DNA of 64,000 bases, from assembly GCA_963727445.1 (NCBI GenBank), contig CAVSGI010000009.1:256001-320000 (forward strand), written 5' to 3'. How positions within the stretch are numbered: position 1 is the stretch's first letter; each line of letters opens with the position of its first letter. The translations under genes and the position numbers were made by a program. This document shows, in pieces, positions 19,588-28,958 of the stretch. The notes beneath the pieces were generated by a model. The model worked only from the letters and a program-made list of their open reading frames with translations. It had not been told where the DNA came from and made no database searches. Origin of the DNA: an uncultured delta proteobacterium. GTDB lineage: Bacteria; Myxococcota_A; Polyangia; Polyangiales; B10-G4.

Positions 19588-20327
19588 GGCTCTGCTCTCG
19601 TAGATGGCGTTTCGGTGGAACCGGTGCGCCAGGTGTCGATGAAGGCGACGATGTCTTCGACGTCCTTCGGCTCGAGGGCGGAGAACGACGCGCTACGGCC
19701 CTCCTTCGAGAGGAAGCTCGGCATGTCGAGGTCCGCGCGGCCCGTGATGATCATTCGGCGAAGATCCGCGTTGGGGGTGAGCGCGAGGTAGGCGGGATCG
19801 GAGATCGCGGAGCCGTGCCCGGCGACGCCTTCTCCGCGCGCGCCGTGACAGCTCGCGCAAGCGTCGTGGTAGGCCGCGCGTCCCGCGGCTGGATCGCCGC
19901 CGGGCATCAGCCCTCGGAGCTCTGCGCGCTCGAAGTAGCGCGCCATGGCGTCGACCCTCGGGTCTTGCGCGCGAGCGGCCCACTTCCCTCGCATGGCGTC
20001 GATGAGCGCGTCGATTTCGGCGTCACTGAGCGGACCTCCGCTCGCCTCTTCGAAGGCAGGCATCGAAGGAGGACGTCCGTGAGCGATCACATCGTGGAGC
20101 ACGCGGTCCGACGCGATCGCGAAGAGGAGGGCGTCGTCCAGCGGGGGCGCGGGACCGAGGGACCCCTCGGCGCCGTGGCAGCCCTGACAGTAGAGGGCGT
20201 AGAGCGCCATCGGCTCCGCGTCGCTCCCTGCGTCGGACGGCGCCGCCGTGGGCTCCGTGCAGGCCCACGACGACGTGACGACCGCCGCGAAGAGAGCGAC
20301 GCGTCCGATGTGCCGGGCCGCGTTCAC
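19584..20327 (-). CDS. Di-heme c-type cytochrome (possible lipoprotein)
   Basis: CQGCH and CASCH, each followed by a MP motif; GTG start overlapping the upstream stop. Confidence 0.85.
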   Translation of the reverse strand: MNAARHIGRVALFAAVVTSSWACTEPTAAPSDAGSDAEPMALYALYCQGCHGAEGSLGPAPPLDDALLFAIASDRVLHDVIAHGRPPSMPAFEEASGGPLSDAEIDALIDAMRGKWAARAQDPRVDAMARYFERAELRGLMPGGDPAAGRAAYHDACASCHGARGEGVAGHGSAISDPAYLALTPNADLRRMIITGRADLDMPSFLSKEGRSASFSALEPKDVEDIVAFIDTWRTGSTETPSTRAEP

Positions 20328-21112
20328 GGCCCCCCACTCGGATGCCGCGTCGCGACCTTCTCGTGACGCTCGACGATGAAGCCGACCATGATCCCGTAGC
20401 CGAGCTGCGACGCGACGAACCACGGCCACGACACGCGCGCGGCGAGGAGCGGATCGACGATGGCGATGGCGGAGTGGAGGATGCCGCTCCAAAGAAGGGG
20501 CGCGAGGAGGCCGCCCCACACGATGGGGCGTCCGGGGAGCATCGGCAGCAGCGTCGCGTACAAGAACCCGAGCCCGACCGACATCGCGGCGTGGATCCCG
20601 GTACCGACGAGCACGGTGGAGAGATGAAACTGCTCGAGTGACGCGGCGGAGGCGGCGGCCGAGGGGACGACGGCGCCGGCCAGCAGGTTCACCGGATACC
20701 AGATGCCGTGGCCGGAGATGACGCCGTAGCCGAGCGCGACGACGATCATCACCAGCCCGCCCAGGATGCCGCCGCGCGCCCCCGAGGCGTAGGGATGAAC
20801 GAGCTCGGGATGAAGCGCCCGCAGGGGCGCGGCGGGATCGCGCGTCTCCTCCACTTCGGCTGCCACCGGCTCGATCGGAGAAGGGGCGGCGCCGCGCGGC
20901 ACGTGGGTGTGGCTGTGCTCGGAGTAGACGGTGCGCGTCCAACCGATGGCGCCGTGGAGCGCGAACGCTGCACCCAGGAGACTGACGACCGGATGGGTGA
21001 CCCAGCCGGCGCCCGCGAGGGCGAGCCCGACGGCCGCGAAGAAGGGATAGATCGTCGGCGCGGGCACCTCCACGCCGTGTTCATCATGCGCGTCCTTCGT
21101 CGTCGCGTTCAT
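20324..21112 (-). CDS. Membrane protein of the oxidase operon (N-terminus resembles oxidase subunit IV)
   Basis: VPAPTIYPFFAAVG..., several TM segments, translationally coupled. Confidence 0.7.
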   Translation of the reverse strand: MNATTKDAHDEHGVEVPAPTIYPFFAAVGLALAGAGWVTHPVVSLLGAAFALHGAIGWTRTVYSEHSHTHVPRGAAPSPIEPVAAEVEETRDPAAPLRALHPELVHPYASGARGGILGGLVMIVVALGYGVISGHGIWYPVNLLAGAVVPSAAASAASLEQFHLSTVLVGTGIHAAMSVGLGFLYATLLPMLPGRPIVWGGLLAPLLWSGILHSAIAIVDPLLAARVSWPWFVASQLGYGIMVGFIVERHEKVATRHPSGGP

Positions 21113-21113
21113 C

Positions 21114-21701
21114 TCAGCGCCCCACCAGATAGACGAGCGGGAAGATCACGACCCAGACGGCGTCGACGAGATGCCAGTACCAGGAGATCAGCTCTCGCCC
21201 GAGGCTCTTGCCGCGGAACGAGCTCCCGCGGAGCGACGCGGCGAAGACCACGGCGAGGAGCACGACTCCGAGGGTCACGTGCAAGAGATGAAAGCCGACG
21301 AGCGTGTAGAAGGTGGAGCCGAAGGAGCTCGACCACGGCAAGAGCCCGTGCTTCATCAAGTCGGCCCACTCGAGGACCGTCCCGATCACGAAGACGCAGC
21401 CGAGAACCAGCGTTCCGCCCCACCAGAAGAGGAAGCGTCCATGCGCCGACTCGCGCTCCCGCGCGATCGCACGGTGAACGAAGAAGCTGCTGGCGTAGAG
21501 ACAGATCGTCCCCGGCAGAATGGCGGCCACGCTCAGCAGGTCGTGTCGCGCGGGGCCGGTGCCGCCCGCGCCGAGAAAGTAGACGTAGGTCATGATCAGC
21601 GTCCCGAAGAACGCGACCTCGCTGAGCATGAACACCGCCATACCGACCTTGGGCGCGGGGGGACGCACACCCCCGACGTCGGTGTTCGCGATCTCCTTCA
21701 T
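21114..21701 (-). CDS. coxC: Cytochrome c oxidase subunit III
   Basis: FMLSEVAFF, FYTLVGFHLLHV, YWHLVDAVW. Confidence 0.92.
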   Translation of the reverse strand: MKEIANTDVGGVRPPAPKVGMAVFMLSEVAFFGTLIMTYVYFLGAGGTGPARHDLLSVAAILPGTICLYASSFFVHRAIARERESAHGRFLFWWGGTLVLGCVFVIGTVLEWADLMKHGLLPWSSSFGSTFYTLVGFHLLHVTLGVVLLAVVFAASLRGSSFRGKSLGRELISWYWHLVDAVWVVIFPLVYLVGR

Positions 21702-23374
21702 TCGAGCTCCCAGTCCGGATCGTCCGGATGCTTGAGGTCCCAGAGCGGCCGCCGGCTCTGCACTTCGGGCACCTCTTCGAAGTCGTAGGGGGGCGGCGGC
21801 GAGGTGGTCGCCCATTCGAGGGTCCACGCATCCCAGGGATCGTCGCCGGCGGGCTCGCCTCGCTTGAGGGACCACGCGAGGTTCGCGAAGAGGACGGTGA
21901 AGGCCGCCGCGAGAACGAATGCCCCGGCGGTGGCCGCGAGGTTCCACGGCTCGAGTCCCATTCCGGGCTCGAAGGTGTAGACCCGCCGCGGCATGCCCAG
22001 CAGTCCCGCGATGTGCATCGGGCCGAAGGTCAGGTTGAAGCCGACGAGCATCAGCCAGAAGTGGACCCGGCCCAGTCGCTCGCTGAGCATCCGCCCGCTC
22101 ATCTTCGGGAACCAGTAGTAGAGGGCCGCGGTGATCGCGAAGAGGCTTCCGCCGAAGAGCACGTAGTGGAAGTGCGCGACGACGAAGTAGGTGTCGGTGA
22201 CCTGCCAGTCGAAGGGGACGGTCGCGAGCATGATCCCCGTGAGGCCGCCGATCACGAACATGGAGACGAAGCCGATCGCGAAGAGCATCGGGGTCGCCAG
22301 ACGGAGTCGGCCTTTGTACATCGTGGCGATCCAGTTGAAGACCTTGATGCCGGTGGGCACTGCGATGAGCAGGCTCGCGGCCGCGAAGAAGTCGTCGAGC
22401 GGGACGCTCATCCCGACGGCGAACATGTGATGTGCCCACACCGCGAGGCTCAGGAAGCTGATGGCGACGGTGGCGGCGGCGACGGATTCGTATCCGAAGA
22501 TCACCTTTCGCGAGAACACCGGGATGATCTCCGACGCCATGCCGAAGGCGGGCAGCGCCATGATGTAGACCTCCGGGTGACCGAAGAACCAGAAGAGGTG
22601 CTGCCACAGGAGCGCGGAGCCACCTGCGGCGGGTGCGAAGAAGTGCGTTCCGATCCGGCGGTCGAGGAGCAGCATCACCTGCGCTGCGGTGAGCGGGGGG
22701 AAGGCGAAGACGATCAGGAACGACGTGGCCAGCATCATCCACACGAAGAGCGGCAGCTTCCCGATGCTCATCCCCGGGGCGCGCAGCGACACGATGGTGG
22801 CGATCAGGTTGATCGCGCCCCCCACCGTGCCCACGCCGCTGACCAGCAGGCCGAGTGCCCAGAACTCGGGCGCCTGACCTCGTTCGAAGGCGTGGGAGGT
22901 CAGAGGCGAGTAGGCGAACCAGCCGACGTCCGGCGCCGAGCTGTCGACGTAGCTGTAGTAGAGGAGCAGCCCACCGAATGCGAAGGCCCAGAAGCTGAAA
23001 GCGTTCAGCCGCGGGAAGGCCATGTCCCGCGCGCCGATCATCAGGGGCACGAAGTAGTTCGCGAAGCCGATGAGGATCGGCATGACGACGAAGAAGATCA
23101 TCGTCGTCCCGTGCATGGTGAAGAGCTGGTTGTAGGTCTCGGGGCTGAGAACGCCGGCGTGGGGGACGGCCAGCTGCACTCGCATCACCAGCGCCTGGAT
23201 GCCGCCGAGGACCATGAAGAGGCCCGACGTCGCGAGGTACATGATGCCGATGCGCTTGTGGTCCACGGTCGTGGTCCAGCGATCGGAGGGCACCGCGCGC
23301 GTCGCGACGGAGGCCGGCGTCGCCGGTGATGCCGGTGCGCTCAGGGGGACGGGGCTCGTCTGGGTGGGAGGCAC
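21698..23374 (-). CDS. coxA: Cytochrome c oxidase subunit I (A1 type)
   Basis: DHKRIG, FTMHGTTMIF, FWFFGHPEVY, VWAHHMF, VVAHFHY, GMPRR. Confidence 0.97.
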   Translation of the reverse strand: MPPTQTSPVPLSAPASPATPASVATRAVPSDRWTTTVDHKRIGIMYLATSGLFMVLGGIQALVMRVQLAVPHAGVLSPETYNQLFTMHGTTMIFFVVMPILIGFANYFVPLMIGARDMAFPRLNAFSFWAFAFGGLLLYYSYVDSSAPDVGWFAYSPLTSHAFERGQAPEFWALGLLVSGVGTVGGAINLIATIVSLRAPGMSIGKLPLFVWMMLATSFLIVFAFPPLTAAQVMLLLDRRIGTHFFAPAAGGSALLWQHLFWFFGHPEVYIMALPAFGMASEIIPVFSRKVIFGYESVAAATVAISFLSLAVWAHHMFAVGMSVPLDDFFAAASLLIAVPTGIKVFNWIATMYKGRLRLATPMLFAIGFVSMFVIGGLTGIMLATVPFDWQVTDTYFVVAHFHYVLFGGSLFAITAALYYWFPKMSGRMLSERLGRVHFWLMLVGFNLTFGPMHIAGLLGMPRRVYTFEPGMGLEPWNLAATAGAFVLAAAFTVLFANLAWSLKRGEPAGDDPWDAWTLEWATTSPPPPYDFEEVPEVQSRRPLWDLKHPDDPDWELE

Positions 23375-23395
23375 TGGTTTACGGATCCCTTCGAC

Positions 23396-24403
23396 TCATC
23401 TCAGGCTCATCAGGTAGTCGGTGATCTCTTCGACCTGCGCGTCGGTGAGGCGCATGTCGGGCATCAGGCAGCCGGGCTTGACCGCCTGCGGGTCGCGAAT
23501 CCACGACGCGAGGTGCGCGCGGTCGTTGGGGACCATCCCGCTGCCGAGCGTGTCGCGCGTCATCAGGTGGGTGAGGTCGGGCCCGTTTTCGCCGTTGGCC
23601 TCGGTGCCGCGGATGGTGTGGCAGCTCTGACAGGCCAGATCGAAGAAGGCCGCGCGGCCATCGTGCGCCGACGGATCGTCGACCGCTGGCTCCGCCTGGT
23701 GGGCGAGCCATCGGTCGTAGACGTCGGGGGGATCGGCGACGACCCGCACCATCATGTTCGCGTGCTGCAGCCCGCAGAACTCACCGCACTGACCGCGGTA
23801 GACGCCGGGCTCTCGCACCACGAAGGACGTCTCGTTCGGGTGTCCCGGGATCACGTCGGTCTTGCCGTTCAGCCGTGGGACCCAGAAGCTGTGGATCACG
23901 TCGGCCGACACCAGGCGCAGCGCGATCGGCGTTCCCGTCGGAACGTGGAGCTCGTTGGCGGTGACCGTCGGCGCGGCATCGGGCGCGTCGCCCTGGTAAG
24001 CGTAGCGCCACCACCAGCGGTAGCCGTCGACCGTGACGTGTACCGGATCCTCGCGCGGCATCGCGCGGATCTGACCGGTGACGCGCACCACTACGAGAAA
24101 GATGACGAAGACGATCAGAAGCGGCGCGACCGTCCACGCCACTTCGATCGGCTTGCTCCCGTAGAGCTGCGGCGGCTCAGCGAGGCGACGCTCTCCCTCG
24201 CGCTGTCTGAAGCGGAAGACGAAGTAGAGGAGCGCCCCCTGGACCAGCAGGAAGATGACCGCACAGATGGCCAGCACCAGGATGGACACCCCACCGATCG
24301 CGTCGGCTTCGGGCGTCGCAGGTGACAGCACCTGCAACGGCACGCAGCCGAGCACGAGGCCCCCTGCCCAACGAGGGGCGGGCCTCTCTGCTTCGTGCAC
24401 CAC
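23396..24403 (-). CDS. coxB: Cytochrome c oxidase subunit II with fused cytochrome c (caa3 type)
   Basis: EVAWT, DVIHSFW, CuA motif CGEFCGLQHANM, CQSCH. Confidence 0.95.
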   Translation of the reverse strand: MVHEAERPAPRWAGGLVLGCVPLQVLSPATPEADAIGGVSILVLAICAVIFLLVQGALLYFVFRFRQREGERRLAEPPQLYGSKPIEVAWTVAPLLIVFVIFLVVVRVTGQIRAMPREDPVHVTVDGYRWWWRYAYQGDAPDAAPTVTANELHVPTGTPIALRLVSADVIHSFWVPRLNGKTDVIPGHPNETSFVVREPGVYRGQCGEFCGLQHANMMVRVVADPPDVYDRWLAHQAEPAVDDPSAHDGRAAFFDLACQSCHTIRGTEANGENGPDLTHLMTRDTLGSGMVPNDRAHLASWIRDPQAVKPGCLMPDMRLTDAQVEEITDYLMSLR

Positions 24404-24529
24404 AACTACTCACTAGGCGCGTCGCATCGATATCAAGTCGACCCAGAGGCCTCTGAACTCACCGGCTACTCGAAGAGCCAGCCGCCCTGCTGTGTCCGCT
24501 TTTCGCACGTGATTTCGACCTTCGAGACT

Positions 24530-24544
24530 TGGCACGGAGCTTGG
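24530..24544 (+). promoter_or_regulatory. Possible sigma54 promoter
   Basis: TGGCACG-GAGC-TTGG: canonical -24, non-canonical -12; just before the ATG at 24560. Confidence 0.4.
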
Positions 24545-24559
24545 TACTGCAGCCGTTCC

Positions 24560-26257
24560 ATGCGTACTTGGACTCTCCTCATCCTCATGTCCCTCATGGG
24601 CGGTTGCGCGGCCAATACCGGCGGCCCGGCCCTGGACGATGCCGACAACCCCTTCCTCGAGACCGACAGCAGCAAGGACGACAGCGGGTATCTGAACCTG
24701 CGCGGGGTCGAAGCCGAGGTCACCATCGAGGCCGACCTCGAGGCGCCGGAGTATCGCTTCTTCGACGGCCCGGCCGACCTGGCCCAATACGCCGTCACCT
24801 ATCTGCGCAGCGGTCGCGGCATCTACATGGAGATCCTGGCAGAGGACGCGGACGCACCGAATCGGGTGGAGTGGCAGGTCGACGGAGAGTGGGTCTCACG
24901 CGAGCAGGCCCGCGCGGCCGGCATCGAGAACCTGCGCCGCTTCCGCCTGCGCGGCGTCAACGTCGTGTTCATGGACGGCGCCGACTCGCTCGCCAGCGGC
25001 GACGTGATCGAGGCGAAGGTTCCGGTCCGTCCCTACGCCACGATGCAGGAAGGGGGACCCGCCTGCACCGATCCCGACGCGCATCTCGGCTTGGACCAGG
25101 GCATCTACTGGTACCTCTGGAATCCGGATCACAGCGGCTGCACCGTCGACACGCAGCAGATGACGCTCACCGTGGACCGCGTCCTGCCGCGTAACCCCGA
25201 GTCCTATCCCGAGTACGACGAGCTCCTGGCCGACGGCCGCATCGAGGCCGCCGTGGTCTTCGGCAAGCTCGACGAGGGCAACGTCGAGGACGACTACAAC
25301 TGGCGCAACGTCGACGCGCTCGCCCACTTCCTCGAGAGCGCCGGCTTCGCCCGCGCGGAGGAGGCGCCCGAGGGTGCGCGTCGCTACGAGAAGCAGGCCG
25401 GTGACTTCGTGGAGTCGGTGGACATCTACGGCCCCGACTTCTTCCACAGCGTCGCCGACTACTCGCGCCTCGCCAACTGGCAGCGCGCCGTCAACGAGCA
25501 CGAGATCGTGATGTACAACGGCCACAGCGTGCTCGGCTCGGGCATGGCCTTCGAGCAGGTCGAATACCCGGAGAAGTACCAGATCTTCCAGGTCGCCAGC
25601 TGCCTCAGCTACGAGTACTACGTGCGCCCGATCCTCGCCGGGAAGGGCTCCTGGGATTCGGTCGACGTGGTCTCGAACGTCGAGCCCACCTACTACACCG
25701 AGAACATCCCGCTGACCTCGACCATCCTCGCCCAGATCTTCAAGGGCGCGGAGAACGGCGGCAACAAGTCCTGGCAGGACATCATGAACGCAGTGAGCAA
25801 CCGCCTGGGCCACGCCCGCTTCGGCGTCAGCGGTGCCCGTGACAACTGCTTCACGCCCACCGGCGACCGCTGTGGCGCGCCGCCGCCCCCGCCCGCGGGT
25901 GACGATGCGCGCTTCGAGAGCACCGGCGCGGTGGACATCCCCGACGACGATCCGGCTGGCGCGACCAGCATCATCGACGCCGAGAGCGACGCCACCATCG
26001 GGTCACTCAGCGTCGAGCTCGACATCACGCACACCTACGTGGGCGACCTCCACATCGAGCTCACCCACGGCGGGACCACCGCCGTCCTCTGGGATCGCCA
26101 GGGCGGTGGCGAGGACGACATCCACCAGTCCTTCGACCTGTCGGACTTCGACGGTCAGGCGGCCGGAGGCGAGTGGAAGCTCCAGGTGGTCGACGGCGCG
26201 GGCCGCGATGTCGGCACCATCGACAGCTGGGCGATCGTCATCACCCCGGCGGGGTGA
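24560..26257 (+). CDS. Lipoprotein with C-terminal proprotein-convertase P-domain
   Basis: Lipobox MGGC; DITHTYVGDLHIEL...FDGQAAGGEWKLQVVD...GTIDSW; strong GC3 codon bias. Confidence 0.85.
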   Translation: MRTWTLLILMSLMGGCAANTGGPALDDADNPFLETDSSKDDSGYLNLRGVEAEVTIEADLEAPEYRFFDGPADLAQYAVTYLRSGRGIYMEILAEDADAPNRVEWQVDGEWVSREQARAAGIENLRRFRLRGVNVVFMDGADSLASGDVIEAKVPVRPYATMQEGGPACTDPDAHLGLDQGIYWYLWNPDHSGCTVDTQQMTLTVDRVLPRNPESYPEYDELLADGRIEAAVVFGKLDEGNVEDDYNWRNVDALAHFLESAGFARAEEAPEGARRYEKQAGDFVESVDIYGPDFFHSVADYSRLANWQRAVNEHEIVMYNGHSVLGSGMAFEQVEYPEKYQIFQVASCLSYEYYVRPILAGKGSWDSVDVVSNVEPTYYTENIPLTSTILAQIFKGAENGGNKSWQDIMNAVSNRLGHARFGVSGARDNCFTPTGDRCGAPPPPPAGDDARFESTGAVDIPDDDPAGATSIIDAESDATIGSLSVELDITHTYVGDLHIELTHGGTTAVLWDRQGGGEDDIHQSFDLSDFDGQAAGGEWKLQVVDGAGRDVGTIDSWAIVITPAG

Positions 26258-28958
26258 TGGCCATCTCCTCTTCCGCGTCTTCCGATTCGGGCGAGGCGCG
26301 AGCCGCGGCCCTGCGCTCCAGGAGGTTCGCGGCCAGCGCCGTCCATCCGGTCTGATGACTGGCGCCCATGCCGCGCCCGTCGTCGCCATCGAAGTACTCG
26401 TGGAAGAGGACCAGATCGCGGCACGCCGGGTCGCCCTCGTGGAGCGCGCTGCCACCGTGACAAGGCCGCTGCCCCTGCTCGTTCGGCAGGAAGAGGCGCG
26501 TCATCCGCAGCTCGATCTCCTCGGCCACCCGCCTGAGGTTCATCTTCTGACCTGAGCCGGTCGGGCACTCGACCTCGAAGGAGTCGCCGTAGAAGTGGTG
26601 GTATCGCTTGAGCGCCTCGATGAGGAGGTAGTTGAGCGGGAACCAGACGGGCCCGCGCCAGTTGGAGTTTCCTCCGAACATGTTGGTGTCCGCCTCGGCC
26701 GGCGCGTAGTGGACCTCGGCTTCGCGGCCCTCCACGCGGACCACGTAGGGATGCTCGAGGTGGACGCGCGAGAGGGAGCGGACGCCATAGGGTGAGAGGA
26801 ACTCGCTCTCGTCGAGCACGTATCCAAGGACGCGCTTCAGGCGATCGCGGGATGGGATCGCCAACAGGCGTCGTCCGGGTTGCGAGTCTCGCGCCATCAG
26901 GGATGTGCCCTGCGCCAGGTCCGGTCGATTCTCGATGAACCACGACAGGCGCTGGTCGAAGAGCGGCAGCCGGCTGAGCCTCTTCTCCTCGAGCGACTCG
27001 ACGGCGAAGAGCGGGATGATCCCCACGGCGGACCTCACCCGCAGCGGCATGGGATTTTCGTGGATGATGGCCTCGTCGTAATAGAAGCCGTCCTCCTCGT
27101 GCCAGAGGCCGTTTCCGCCGATCTCGTTCATCGCGCGGGTGATCGACACGAAGTGCTCGAAGAACTTCCAGGCGATGTCGGCGTAGACCTGATCCTCGCG
27201 CGCGAGCTCGAGCGCCATCGCCAGCAGGGTCGTGCAATAGAACGCCATCCACGCGGTGGCGTCCGCCTCCTCGAGCTCACCGACCCCGGGCAGGGGGTTA
27301 CTGCGATCGAAGACACCGATGTTGTCGAGGCCCAGAAAGCCGCCGGCGAAGAGGTTGTTTCCGTCGCTGTCCTTGCGGTTCACCCACCAGGTGAAGTTCA
27401 CCAGGCACTTTTGAAAGGCGCGCTCGAGGAAGAGCCGATCGCGCCCCCAGCCGGCCTTCGAGGAGAGCTGGTAGACGCGCCAGACGGCCCATGCGTGCAC
27501 GGGCGGGTTGACGTCGCCGAAGGAGAACTCGTACGCGGGGATCTGCCCGTTGGGGTGCATGTACCACTCGCGCCCGAGGAGCAGGAGCTGCTCTTTGGCG
27601 AACTCCGGATCGGTGCGCGCCATGGCCACGCAGTGAAACGCCAGGTCCCAGGCGGCGAACCACGGGTACTCCCAACCGTCCGGCATCGACAGGACGTCAC
27701 GCGCCCACAGGTGTCGCCACTCGTTGTCCCGTCCCGTGAGTCGCTCCTTCGGAGGCGTCGGCTGACTCGGGTCTCCTTCGAGCCAGTGATCGACGATGAA
27801 ATGGTAGAACTGGCGCGACCAGACGAGACCGGCGTCGGCCTGGCGCGCGACGAGGCGCTCCTCCGGCGTCATCGGAGTGTCGCGCTGGGATTCGTAGAAC
27901 GAGTCGGCCTCTTTCCGTCGCTGGTCGAAGGTGCGCGCGAAATCGTCGCCGAACGGAGGCGCGCTGGGACGCGCCGCGGACGTGAGGCGAGCGCGGAGGA
28001 CGACCTCGCCACCAGCCGGGATGTCGAGCCGGTACCAAGCGGCGGCTTTCGTCCCGTATTGGTCCGGGTTCACGGCATCCTCGTCACCCTCGACCACGCG
28101 GCGATGAAAGGCGTCCTTGACGTAGGTTTGCTCCGACGCCGCACCGAAGAGGCGTTGGGCGTTCGTTTCGTTGTCGGTGAAGAGGAAGGCCGGTTCGATC
28201 TCCTCCGGTCCCTCGAAGGCGAGGTGAAAGCGCCCGAGCGAAGGATGGTCGGCGCAGAGGCCCTGGGCGGTGCGCTCGATGCGCCCGCGCGGCCAGTACG
28301 CCTCGCCCTCGCGTCCCCATGCCCAGGTGTTCCGCTGCCAGAGCGTAGGCAGGAGATGCAGCGGCGCGGCCTCGGGTCCCCTGTTCGCGCAGGTGATGCG
28401 AACCAGGATGTCCTCTGGATCTGCCTTGGCGTACTCGACGTAGACGTCGAAGTAGCGCCCGTCCTCGAACACGCCGGTGTCTTCGATCTCGTACTCGGGA
28501 TCGCCGAGGCCGCGACGCCCGTTCTCTTCGCGTAGCTGCGCGTAGGGGAACTCGGCCTGCGGATACTTGTAGAGCGCGCGCGCGTAGGAGAAGGTCGGGG
28601 TGGCGTCGAGAAAGTAGTACAGCTCTTTGACGTCCTCGCCGTGGTTGCCTTCGGGGCCGGTCAGACCGAAGAGACGTTCTTTGAGGAACGGGTCCCGCTC
28701 GTTCCAAAGCGCGAGCGCGAAGCAGAGCCTGCACTCGCGGTCGGTGATGCCGAGCAGCCCGTCCTCGCCCCATCGGTACGCGCGGCTTCGCGCGTGGTCG
28801 TGCGGCAGATAGGACCAGCAATCGCCGTTCGGCGAATAGTCCTCGCGGACGGTGCCCCACTGGCGGTCGGCGAGGTACGGCCCCCAACGGCGCCAGTTGC
28901 GCTCGCGGCGCGCGTCTTCGTCGAGCCTGGCTCGCTCCGGATCGCGGGCGCCGCTCAC
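26241..28958 (-). CDS. MGH1-like glycoside hydrolase (GH63-like glucosidase)
   Basis: WGPYLADRQWGTVREDYS, WEYPWFAAWDLAFH, GGFLGLDNIG, NSNWRGPVWFP, GASHQTGWT; GTG overlapping the upstream stop. Confidence 0.92.
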   Translation of the reverse strand: MSGARDPERARLDEDARRERNWRRWGPYLADRQWGTVREDYSPNGDCWSYLPHDHARSRAYRWGEDGLLGITDRECRLCFALALWNERDPFLKERLFGLTGPEGNHGEDVKELYYFLDATPTFSYARALYKYPQAEFPYAQLREENGRRGLGDPEYEIEDTGVFEDGRYFDVYVEYAKADPEDILVRITCANRGPEAAPLHLLPTLWQRNTWAWGREGEAYWPRGRIERTAQGLCADHPSLGRFHLAFEGPEEIEPAFLFTDNETNAQRLFGAASEQTYVKDAFHRRVVEGDEDAVNPDQYGTKAAAWYRLDIPAGGEVVLRARLTSAARPSAPPFGDDFARTFDQRRKEADSFYESQRDTPMTPEERLVARQADAGLVWSRQFYHFIVDHWLEGDPSQPTPPKERLTGRDNEWRHLWARDVLSMPDGWEYPWFAAWDLAFHCVAMARTDPEFAKEQLLLLGREWYMHPNGQIPAYEFSFGDVNPPVHAWAVWRVYQLSSKAGWGRDRLFLERAFQKCLVNFTWWVNRKDSDGNNLFAGGFLGLDNIGVFDRSNPLPGVGELEEADATAWMAFYCTTLLAMALELAREDQVYADIAWKFFEHFVSITRAMNEIGGNGLWHEEDGFYYDEAIIHENPMPLRVRSAVGIIPLFAVESLEEKRLSRLPLFDQRLSWFIENRPDLAQGTSLMARDSQPGRRLLAIPSRDRLKRVLGYVLDESEFLSPYGVRSLSRVHLEHPYVVRVEGREAEVHYAPAEADTNMFGGNSNWRGPVWFPLNYLLIEALKRYHHFYGDSFEVECPTGSGQKMNLRRVAEEIELRMTRLFLPNEQGQRPCHGGSALHEGDPACRDLVLFHEYFDGDDGRGMGASHQTGWTALAANLLERRAAARASPESEDAEEEMAITPPG

